The notes below the pieces were generated by a model. It was not told where the DNA came from. It searched no databases and was given only the letters and a program-made list of their open reading frames with translations. A DNA stretch of 38,453 nt from a virus. Location: IMG/VR virus record IMGVR_UViG_3300029668_000007; one strand, given 5' to 3'. Positions within the stretch are counted from its first letter, which is position 1. Every line of letters begins with the position of its first letter. The translations under genes and the position numbers were made by a program. Shown here in pieces: positions 12,481 to 19,080 of the stretch.

Positions 12481-13497
12481 ATGAACCCATACAGAATCAC
12501 CTCTGCCGCCCTTGTGCTGGCGCTGGCCGCTATCGCCCTGACCGTGTGCGCGGGGCTGGCCGCCGGGCGGAACATGTGGCCGTGGATCGTCGGCTACTGG
12601 GCGGTGCTGACGGCAAAAAATGTTGTGGACTGGATAGGAGGAAAAAAGAATGACCATCAAAGGGCTGCAAAAGCTGATCGGCAAGGATGCCGACAACCTG
12701 ACGCTCATCAACTGCTACGGAGCTGGGGGCATGATCGTCCGCCAGCACCTGAGCGTGTGGGGGCGGGCGATCTACCCCATGGACGGGCTGCCCGTCATGG
12801 ACGAGGAGACGCTGCTGGCGGTGCTGGACGTGCCCCGGGAAAGGTGGAAAAACTGCCACGTGCTGACGGCGGACGCGGACAGCACCCTTCTGACGGCGAT
12901 GATGGAGGACAATCTGGACAGCGACCGCCCGCTGGAGGAGATGGGTATTCAGCTCATCACCGGCGGCGGGGAGTACAAGTTCCTGCTCGACTCGCTGCGG
13001 GGGGAATGCGTTGCCATCCGCCCGGAGTACCTCAAGCCCATCGGCCTGACCAGCGAGCACACGTACTGGCTGCGGGAGACCGGCTGGGACGACAAGACCG
13101 GCGAGGCCAAGCACGTGATCGTTGTCAAGCTAGGGATGCAGAACGTGGCCGCCATCGCCCAGAGCATCGACTGGGGAAGCGACGAGAAGACCGTGGCCCA
13201 GCTGGGCCGGATCTGCGACAAGGCCCGCGCCATCCAGCGGGAGCGGGCGCTGTATGCCGGGGAGGAAAAAGAGGAATGACCATCACCGAGGCCACCCGCC
13301 GAGCCATGGCGGAGGGGAAGAATATCGCCCGGCGCTGGTACGACCGGCGGATCATCATCAAGCCGGAGACCTCGCCGGACTGCTGCCTGATCTGGGTGGA
13401 GGGAAGCAAGCGACCGCCAGCCGTGCGGTGGAACCCGGACGCGGACGACCTGATCTCCGACGCGTGGGAGGTCACGGGTGACTGGTATGAACCGTGA
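12481..13497 (+). CDS. Start of a small 2-TM membrane protein; 3' end unresolved (no in-frame stop before 13497)
   Basis: AAGGAG lies 7 nt upstream. The first ~55 aa (MNPYRITSAALVLALAAIALTVCAGLAAGRNMWPWIVGYWAVLTAK) look genuine. Beyond about 12650 the frame overlaps two better-supported genes and translates to R/G/A-rich junk. Confidence 0.3.
   Translation: MNPYRITSAALVLALAAIALTVCAGLAAGRNMWPWIVGYWAVLTAKNVVDWIGGKKNDHQRAAKADRQGCRQPDAHQLLRSWGHDRPPAPERVGAGDLPHGRAARHGRGDAAGGAGRAPGKVEKLPRADGGRGQHPSDGDDGGQSGQRPPAGGDGYSAHHRRRGVQVPARLAAGGMRCHPPGVPQAHRPDQRAHVLAAGDRLGRQDRRGQARDRCQARDAERGRHRPEHRLGKRREDRGPAGPDLRQGPRHPAGAGAVCRGGKRGMTITEATRRAMAEGKNIARRWYDRRIIIKPETSPDCCLIWVEGSKRPPAVRWNPDADDLISDAWEVTGDWYEP
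12650..13279 (+). CDS. Hypothetical protein (209 aa)
   Basis: GGAGG lies 8 nt upstream and there is a stop in this frame at 12635. Composition is balanced and coding-like. Confidence 0.7.
   Translation: MTIKGLQKLIGKDADNLTLINCYGAGGMIVRQHLSVWGRAIYPMDGLPVMDEETLLAVLDVPRERWKNCHVLTADADSTLLTAMMEDNLDSDRPLEEMGIQLITGGGEYKFLLDSLRGECVAIRPEYLKPIGLTSEHTYWLRETGWDDKTGEAKHVIVVKLGMQNVAAIAQSIDWGSDEKTVAQLGRICDKARAIQRERALYAGEEKEE
13276..13497 (+). CDS. DUF2829 / Tad2-like small protein (73 aa)
   Basis: The N-terminal ITEATRRAMAEGKNIARRWY and C-terminal RWNPDADDLISDAWEV match the recalled DUF2829 pattern (eAl.al.eGkk.aRkgW ... W.p...Dl.aeDWev). The start is ATGA-coupled. Confidence 0.6.
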   Translation: MTITEATRRAMAEGKNIARRWYDRRIIIKPETSPDCCLIWVEGSKRPPAVRWNPDADDLISDAWEVTGDWYEP

Positions 13498-13714
13498 CCC
13501 TCTATATATAGTAGAAACACCTGCGGAGCCTACAGATAGTGCCGAGCCAAGCGCCCCAGAAGGACGCGGGCCGACAAAACGAATCCCTCTCTGCTGCCAG
13601 CGTTGCGCCCACTACCGCCCGACCTTCTTTCTCAAAATCGGGCGGGAATGCGCGGCCTTCGGCACGGTGGCGGGGGTGCTGGACGATAAGTGCGGGTTTT
13701 ACGCGCCGAAATGA
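13478..13714 (+). CDS. Hypothetical Cys-containing protein (78 aa)
   Basis: GTG 13478 lies 6 nt after GGGAGG, with an alternative ATG at 13487. The Cys residues sit in CCQRC ... C ... C. Confidence 0.5.
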   Translation: MTGMNRDPLYIVETPAEPTDSAEPSAPEGRGPTKRIPLCCQRCAHYRPTFFLKIGRECAAFGTVAGVLDDKCGFYAPK

Positions 13715-13762
13715 CGCGGGGCGGATAGCGCCCTATACGACCCTGTAACACAATTAACTATA

Positions 13763-13792
13763 CGCACATATGCATGATTACTCATATGTGCG
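13763..13792. repeat. Perfect 10-bp inverted repeat CGCACATATG-N10-CATATGTGCG (candidate origin hairpin)
   Basis: Read directly. It lies in an A/T-richer gap immediately upstream of the HUH Rep gene. Confidence 0.6.
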
Positions 13793-13832
13793 GGAACCGA
13801 CAAAGGGGGAGGGGGTACGCCATAGGGCGACC

Positions 13833-13855
13833 GGGGGAAACGTCAGGTTTCCCCC
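13833..13855. repeat. Perfect 9-bp inverted repeat GGGGGAAAC-GTCAG-GTTTCCCCC
   Basis: Read directly. It is the second hairpin in the Rep-upstream gap and has no U-run. Confidence 0.5.
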
Positions 13856-13906
13856 ACTCGCCCTTGGCCATCCCGATAAGAGCCAAGAAGGGAATAGGAC
13901 AAGACC

Positions 13907-14971
13907 ATGGGCTATTACGAGAAACGGATCCAGTCGGGGCCGTATCTGGAGGTGTACCGCTACCATGCCCTGCGGTCGCCGGGGAAACAGACCCCAAGGG
14001 GCCCGGTGGAGCGGGACACCACCGAGTATCAGGAGGAACTGAACTCAGTCGCCGCGTGGAAAAAGCTCTTTCGGCTGGAACTGTGTAATTTCAGCCGGGC
14101 GGCGGGAGACCTCTTTGTGACCGTCACCCACCGGGAGCGGATCACCGAGGCGGACGCGCTCCGGGAGGAGCGGAACCTGATCGCCCGGCTCAAGCGGCTC
14201 AGAAAGAAGCTGGGCCTGCCCGAACTGAAATACATTGCCGTGACGGAGGAACAGGGCCGCTGGCACACCCACCTCATCCTCAACGGCGGCCTGACGCTGA
14301 AACAGCTGGTCAAGGTCTGGGGCGACCGGGGCCGGGTGGCGGTCTCCACACTGGAAGACCAGAACAACTACCGGGAGCTGGCCCGTTACCTGACGACAGA
14401 CCACAAGGAGTGCCGCCGGAAGACGGACGAGCACGGCGACCCGGCCATCAAGACCCCGCGGAGGAAATATCAGCGACGCTGGCATGCCAGCCGAAATCTG
14501 GCCCGGCCTGTGGAGAAGGTCAAGCCCGCGCCAAAGCCCCGTCTGGGCGAACCAAAACCGCCCAAGGGCTACCGGCTCCTGCCGGACTGGCGCTTCGGGG
14601 TGGACGTGCTGGGATATTACTACGTGGACTACGCCTGTATGGCGGAGAAATGGGAGCCGAAACCGCCGAAGGGAGGAAAACGGAATGCCAAAAAATCAAA
14701 GGGAAGCCATCCCCGAGCCGACAAAGAGGGTGAGCGAAGCGAACCGAGGCCGAGGACAGCCGGAACGGATCCCGCAGGCCGAAGCTCGCGACCTTCTGGG
14801 CCGCGAGCCGACAGAAAGCGTGGAACAACAGCGGCTCTTCCAGTGGGCGCGGATGGCGGCGGGAGCGCACCCGGAGCTGGGGCTGCTCTACCACATCCCC
14901 AACGAGGGGAAGCGGAGCGTCAAGACCGGGGCCAGAATGAAGGCCGAGGGCCTGAAAAAGGGCGTGCCTGA
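13907..14971 (+). CDS. HUH-type rolling-circle replication initiator (Rep); functional C-terminus uncertain
   Basis: The HUH-like motif is GRWHTHLILNG and the N-terminal ~260 aa look coding. The last ~95 aa are P/R/G-rich and overlap VRR-NUC in another frame. There is no earlier in-frame stop. Confidence 0.6.
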   Translation: MGYYEKRIQSGPYLEVYRYHALRSPGKQTPRGPVERDTTEYQEELNSVAAWKKLFRLELCNFSRAAGDLFVTVTHRERITEADALREERNLIARLKRLRKKLGLPELKYIAVTEEQGRWHTHLILNGGLTLKQLVKVWGDRGRVAVSTLEDQNNYRELARYLTTDHKECRRKTDEHGDPAIKTPRRKYQRRWHASRNLARPVEKVKPAPKPRLGEPKPPKGYRLLPDWRFGVDVLGYYYVDYACMAEKWEPKPPKGGKRNAKKSKGSHPRADKEGERSEPRPRTAGTDPAGRSSRPSGPRADRKRGTTAALPVGADGGGSAPGAGAALPHPQRGEAERQDRGQNEGRGPEKGRA

Positions 14972-15179
14972 CGTGTGTCTGCCGGTGGCCCGGGGCGGCT
15001 GCCACGGCCTGTACATCGAGCTAAAGCGGGAGCGGAGCGGACGGGCGACACCGGAACAGGTGGCGTGGATGGACGCGCTCATGGCGGAGGGGTACGCCGT
15101 CAGCCTGTGCCACGGCTGGGAGCGGGCGGCGGAAGCCATCGAGGCCTATCTGGAGGGAGGCGGGGAGAGTGGAAAATGA
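14685..15179 (+). CDS. VRR-NUC domain nuclease (164 aa)
   Basis: GGGAGG lies upstream of ATG 14685. The PD-(D/E)xK signature is GVPDVCLP ... GLYIELKRE. Confidence 0.75.
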   Translation: MPKNQREAIPEPTKRVSEANRGRGQPERIPQAEARDLLGREPTESVEQQRLFQWARMAAGAHPELGLLYHIPNEGKRSVKTGARMKAEGLKKGVPDVCLPVARGGCHGLYIELKRERSGRATPEQVAWMDALMAEGYAVSLCHGWERAAEAIEAYLEGGGESGK

Positions 15180-15645
15180 ACATCCCTACAGACCTGAAAC
15201 CCAAAAGCCGCCGAATCCTGCCAAGGAGGCCCTGCGGGGCTACCGCTCCCTGCTGCGCCAGCGGGAGGAGGTAGAGCGGGAGGTGGAGGAGCACTACGCC
15301 CGGGCCACGTCCTGCACGGTGCGCCTCAAGCCCTACAAGGCGGCGGGCGGCTCCGCCAGCTACGACCGCATGGCGGAGGACGCGATGAGCGCCGCGGATG
15401 CGCGTCAGGAGCTGGCCGCTCTGGACGAGGCGCTGGCTGCCGAGCTGCGCCGCCTCCGGGAGATGCTCACATGGCCGGAGACGGCCAACCAGCGGGAAGT
15501 CATCCTCCGGCGCTACCTGCGGGGCCAGCGCTGGGAGGCCATCGCCGCCGCCATGTGCTGCGACAAGGTCACCGCGTGGCGCTGGCACGGCGACGCGCTG
15601 GTCACGATTAACGCCAGACTGGCGGAGGAACGGAAGGAACCGTGA
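15169..15645 (+). CDS. Sigma-70 region-4-like transcription regulator (DUF1492/RinA-like by recollection), 158 aa
   Basis: The C-terminal REVILRRYLRGQRWEAIAAAMCCDKVTAWRWHGDAL resembles a region-4 HTH. The GTG start lies 8 nt after GGGAGG. Confidence 0.55.
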   Translation: MENEHPYRPETQKPPNPAKEALRGYRSLLRQREEVEREVEEHYARATSCTVRLKPYKAAGGSASYDRMAEDAMSAADARQELAALDEALAAELRRLREMLTWPETANQREVILRRYLRGQRWEAIAAAMCCDKVTAWRWHGDALVTINARLAEERKEP

Positions 15646-15658
15646 AGGAGAGAACATC

Positions 15659-16216
15659 ATGGAGATCATCATCAAGGGGATCGAGGAGATCCGGCCCTAT
15701 GAGAACAACCCGCGCTTAAACGACGGAGCCGTGGGCGCGGTGGCCGAAAGCATCCGGGAGTTTGGATTCCAGCAGCCCATCGTGGTAGACCGGGACGGAG
15801 TGATCATCGCCGGTCACACCCGCTACAAGGCCGCGAAAAAGCTGGGGCTGACCGAAGTGCCCGTCGTGGTGGCCGAGAACCTGACGGACGAACAGGTCAG
15901 GGCCTACCGGCTGGCCGACAACAAGACCGGCGAACTGGCCGAGTGGGATTTCTCCGCCTTGGAGGAAGAGCTGGCCGGGATCGGCGAGCTGGATATGAGC
16001 CTCTTCGGATTTGACAATTTCGAAGAGGTGCAAGACGTAGAACCGATCGATCAGGTCGGGAGCACAACGGCGGCAATGGAACACAAAATGATGATCGACA
16101 AGCAGACAATAGGCATGACGGAGGAAGAATACGCCGAAATAACAGAAAAACTGGAACGTTACGTAGACCTGAATGGCGTTAGTTTCGGTTTTGTGAGGAG
16201 TTTATTGCATGATTGA
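15659..16216 (+). CDS. ParB-like N-terminal domain protein (185 aa), no methyltransferase domain
   Basis: The motifs are IRPYENNPR and IIAGHTRYKAAKKLG, followed by LADNKTGELAEWD as seen in the ParB halves of phage ParB-methyltransferases. GAAGGAG lies upstream. Confidence 0.75.
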   Translation: MEIIIKGIEEIRPYENNPRLNDGAVGAVAESIREFGFQQPIVVDRDGVIIAGHTRYKAAKKLGLTEVPVVVAENLTDEQVRAYRLADNKTGELAEWDFSALEEELAGIGELDMSLFGFDNFEEVQDVEPIDQVGSTTAAMEHKMMIDKQTIGMTEEEYAEITEKLERYVDLNGVSFGFVRSLLHD

Positions 16217-17618
16217 TTTTATCGGCATAGACAAGATCAAACCAGCAGAGTACAACCCGCGTAAGATCAGCGAGAAGCAGAAAGAACAGCTCATGGAAAG
16301 CATCCAAGAATTGGGATTTGTTATGCCTGTGATCGTTAACAAGGCGAATAACGTAATTATTGCGGGCCACCAGCGGATAAACGCGGCCAGACAACTTGGA
16401 CTTAACGCTGTACCGGTGCAATTCGTCGAAAATCTGGACATCGGCGACGAAATACGATTCAACCAGCTCCATAACGCCAACGCGACAAACCCCAGCAGCG
16501 CAAAATACACCGGTAAGCCTTTCGAGGGGTACGCCGAGAAACCAGCGGACGAGTTCAGGCCCATCACATCAAACGCGGAAAGCGTCAAACAATTATGCAT
16601 CATGATGCTGAAATATGGGAATGTGTTCAGCTGCGTTGTCGAGGGTGAAAGCGTCATTTGCGGGGGGGATTACGTCAAAGCATGCTCGTTGCTGGGTAAG
16701 CCGGTGACCGCTTACGGATTGGAGAAAAAAGACGATCAAGGATACCTGAGCAAAGAATACGGCGTGTATTCCTATGACAGCCTGAAACGCAATACCTACG
16801 TGCAAGGCTTGGCCCAGCTGTACAGAGACCCGGAGAGGCAAAAGCAGGGCAAAAAACCGTACAGTAGTATGCTGTATGAAACCATGGTGCTCCCTTATTT
16901 GCAAGACAAGCCGCAACTGTCAGTGCTGGATTTCGGCTGCGGCAAGGGTGGTTACATCAGCCAGCTGGCAAAACACAGGCGAGCCGTCGGCATTGAATTT
17001 TTCAACAACAACGGTGCGGTCATCGACGTGGCGGCCGGAAATGCAATGATCGACAGGCTCTGCAGGGAGATCGAGACCAACGGGCCGTTTGACGTTGTTG
17101 TGTGCGACAGCGTCATGAACAGCGTTGACAGTCTGCAGGCCGAAAAAAGCGTGATGGGATGCCTTAACCTGTTCGGGACTGGCAAGTGCTTCATCAGCGG
17201 CAGGCCACGAGACAGGGCGGAGGATAAGCTGCGGTCAAAGCGATCCATAACGCTTAGCAAAAGATTCTCGGAGTTCATGGATGCCGACGGCTTCACGGCC
17301 ACATACCGCAAAGGCAACTGGTATTATCAGCACTACCAGACAAAAGAGCAGGTTCAAGACCTTGCAAAGCAAAACGGTTTTGCGATCGACACCATGGCAT
17401 GGGGCAAGCATGGGGACAGCTATCAAACGGCCATGCACAAAACAATGCAGCTGTCAGACGATGATCTGATAGCTGCATTGAGCTTTGAGTTTGACTTGCC
17501 GCTGCCCAGCGGCAGGAGTTATGGCAGACAGGCGGACATTATAGCGGCTTGCCGTCGCGCTGGCTTGCTGCATAGTGATGGGCAAACTGCCAATTACGGC
17601 ACGTGCAGAACGCCTTGA
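16209..17618 (+). CDS. ParB-like domain fused to a class I SAM-dependent methyltransferase (469 aa)
   Basis: The N-terminus reads IKPAEYNPR ... IIAGHQRINAARQLG. The C-terminal half carries SAM motif I (VLDFGCGKGG), GIEF and DVVVCDSVMNSV. No DPPY/NPPY is present. The gene is visibly A/T-richer than its surroundings. Confidence 0.7.
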   Translation: MIDFIGIDKIKPAEYNPRKISEKQKEQLMESIQELGFVMPVIVNKANNVIIAGHQRINAARQLGLNAVPVQFVENLDIGDEIRFNQLHNANATNPSSAKYTGKPFEGYAEKPADEFRPITSNAESVKQLCIMMLKYGNVFSCVVEGESVICGGDYVKACSLLGKPVTAYGLEKKDDQGYLSKEYGVYSYDSLKRNTYVQGLAQLYRDPERQKQGKKPYSSMLYETMVLPYLQDKPQLSVLDFGCGKGGYISQLAKHRRAVGIEFFNNNGAVIDVAAGNAMIDRLCREIETNGPFDVVVCDSVMNSVDSLQAEKSVMGCLNLFGTGKCFISGRPRDRAEDKLRSKRSITLSKRFSEFMDADGFTATYRKGNWYYQHYQTKEQVQDLAKQNGFAIDTMAWGKHGDSYQTAMHKTMQLSDDDLIAALSFEFDLPLPSGRSYGRQADIIAACRRAGLLHSDGQTANYGTCRTP

Positions 17619-17970
17619 CGCTGCAATGCGGGTCATCTGCGTTGATATCTTCCGGCCCAAACGATACGCGTCTGGCATCCTCGATCACCACATGAACGCC
17701 GTTGTGGTCGTCAACTACGGTGGAACCGGCGCACGGCACTACGGCCAGATGGTAGTTCAGCTCATACTTGAAGCTGCTTGACACGCCGCAGAGGTAGTAA
17801 ACACCATCGCCAAGCTCCAAATCATGCGCCTCGGTGACGCCGCCTTTGATATGACGATCATAGGGGCCGAGCAGACAGCGGGCGCAGTGCTGAGACAGGT
17901 CAACACCGTCGACCCTTTTAAGCCATAAATACCTAAATGGAGAGGTGACATTAAGCTGAGTTAGTTTCAT
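17539..17970 (-). CDS. Hypothetical protein (143 aa), lone reverse-oriented gene
   Basis: ATG 17970 lies 8 nt after AAGGAG and the gene has its own promoter. The 3' end overlaps the convergent methyltransferase gene by 80 nt. Confidence 0.55.
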   Translation of the reverse strand: MKLTQLNVTSPFRYLWLKRVDGVDLSQHCARCLLGPYDRHIKGGVTEAHDLELGDGVYYLCGVSSSFKYELNYHLAVVPCAGSTVVDDHNGVHVVIEDARRVSFGPEDINADDPHCSVKAFCTCRNWQFAHHYAASQRDGKPL

Positions 17971-17992
17971 ACGATCGCTCCTTTCGTTTGGA

Positions 17993-18021
17993 ACTTTACA
18001 GCTAAAATCGTTATGTGTCAA
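17993..18021 (-). promoter_or_regulatory. Promoter of the reverse-oriented gene: TTGACA (18021-18016), 17 nt, TAAAGT (17998-17993)
   Basis: Read directly on the minus strand. The -35 is consensus and the -10 matches 4 of 6. Confidence 0.5.
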
Positions 18022-18174
18022 CGGTTTGAAACAGAACAACGCGAAAAAATCCAGCGGGCAAGGGAGGCACTGCGCAAAACGACCAGCCCGTACCTGCGAC
18101 GAGACCTGACGAAATACATTGCCAGAGCCGAGCGGAAGATGAAAGGTTGCAACGCCATGCAACTAAAATCCTGA
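18013..18174 (+). CDS. Possible small basic protein (53 aa)
   Basis: It is too short for the ORF track. The product MCQRFETEQREKIQRAREALRKTTSPYLRRDLTKYIARAERKMKG looks protein-like, but there is no SD and it overlaps the minus-strand promoter. Confidence 0.25.
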   Translation: MCQRFETEQREKIQRAREALRKTTSPYLRRDLTKYIARAERKMKGCNAMQLKS

Positions 18175-18201
18175 TATACTGATATCAGCGGGATCACACA
18201 A

Positions 18202-18235
18202 GGGAGCGGCCTCACGGCTGGCTCCCTGTTTTGTT
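18202..18235 (+). terminator. Intrinsic terminator preceding the late operon
   Basis: GGGAGCGGCC-UCAC-GGCUGGCUCCC (with a bulge) is followed by UGUUUUGUU. Confidence 0.6.
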
Positions 18236-18245
18236 GGAGGCGACT

Positions 18246-18557
18246 ATGGATGGGAACCGTATGAAACACACTGAGAAGAATCCACACTACGACCGGGCGC
18301 GCCACAAGGAGTGGCGGGCCAAGGTGCTGCGTCGTGCTCATGGCCTGTGCGAGGAGTGCGCACGCTATGGCCGCGTCGGTAAGGATGGCCTGCCGATCCC
18401 GGCGACAGTCGCCCATCACATCCAGCACCTCGACGAGCACCCGGAGCTGGCCTACGTCGTCGCCAACGGCCGCGCCCTGTGCGCCGATTGCCACAACCGC
18501 GCTCACCCGGAAAAGGGCGGCCGGAGATACCCCCCCACCCCTAAAGCCAAATTTTGA
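18246..18557 (+). CDS. HNH endonuclease (103 aa)
   Basis: The motifs are CEECARYG ... VAHHIQHL ... CADCHNRAH. GGAGG lies 5 nt upstream. Its position next to the terminase genes is typical of HNH-assisted packaging. Confidence 0.85.
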   Translation: MDGNRMKHTEKNPHYDRARHKEWRAKVLRRAHGLCEECARYGRVGKDGLPIPATVAHHIQHLDEHPELAYVVANGRALCADCHNRAHPEKGGRRYPPTPKAKF

Positions 18558-18630
18558 GAGGGTGGCCGACCGGGGGAGTGCCTGTCTGTATATGCACGGG
18601 GAAATTTTGAGGAGAGGGGGTAAAGCCGAG

Positions 18631-19080
18631 GTGGAGCCAAAAACTTCCAATGACGCGCGCGCTCGCGCGCGCACGGATACTGAACCCGAAAAAGCCGGGG
18701 AAAAATCCGCGAGACGCACGCCGATGGAACGAAAAAAACGGACGATCATCGAGCGGATGCAAAAGCTGGGGACGTACAAGCCGCAATACATGGAGGCCAT
18801 CAATCGGACGGCGAAATTGTACGTTCAGATGGACGAGATCGAAGCGGCGTTCGAAAAATCTGGCGGGAATGTGGTTGTCACGCACACCAACAAGGCCGGA
18901 GCAAAAAACTTCGTTAAGAACCCTTTCTTACAGGCGCGAGACGAGGTCTACACGCAGTTGCTTGCCCATGAGCGAGAGCTGGGGCTTACCCCTGCGGCGC
19001 TCAAGCGAATCAACGAGGCGGCTATGGCAAAAGAAAAGAAAAGCACACTAGGTGAGGCGTTGAAGGCGTTGAGCGGATGA
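18631..19080 (+). CDS. terS: Terminase small subunit (P27-family-like); start uncertain
   Basis: The core region [33 protein letters not shown]...[27 protein letters not shown] resembles P27-family TerS. GTG 18631 follows GGAGAGGGGG. Alternative ATGs are at 18592 and 18724. Confidence 0.7.
   Translation: MEPKTSNDARARARTDTEPEKAGEKSARRTPMERKKRTIIERMQKLGTYKPQYMEAINRTAKLYVQMDEIEAAFEKSGGNVVVTHTNKAGAKNFVKNPFLQARDEVYTQLLAHERELGLTPAALKRINEAAMAKEKKSTLGEALKALSG

Noticed and set aside
17539-17970. A SWIM-type zinc finger in the 143-aa reverse-oriented protein (…HCSVKAFCTCRNWQFAHHY).
   Set aside because: The CxCxnCxH pattern is incomplete because there is no third Cys before the His. The resemblance is superficial.
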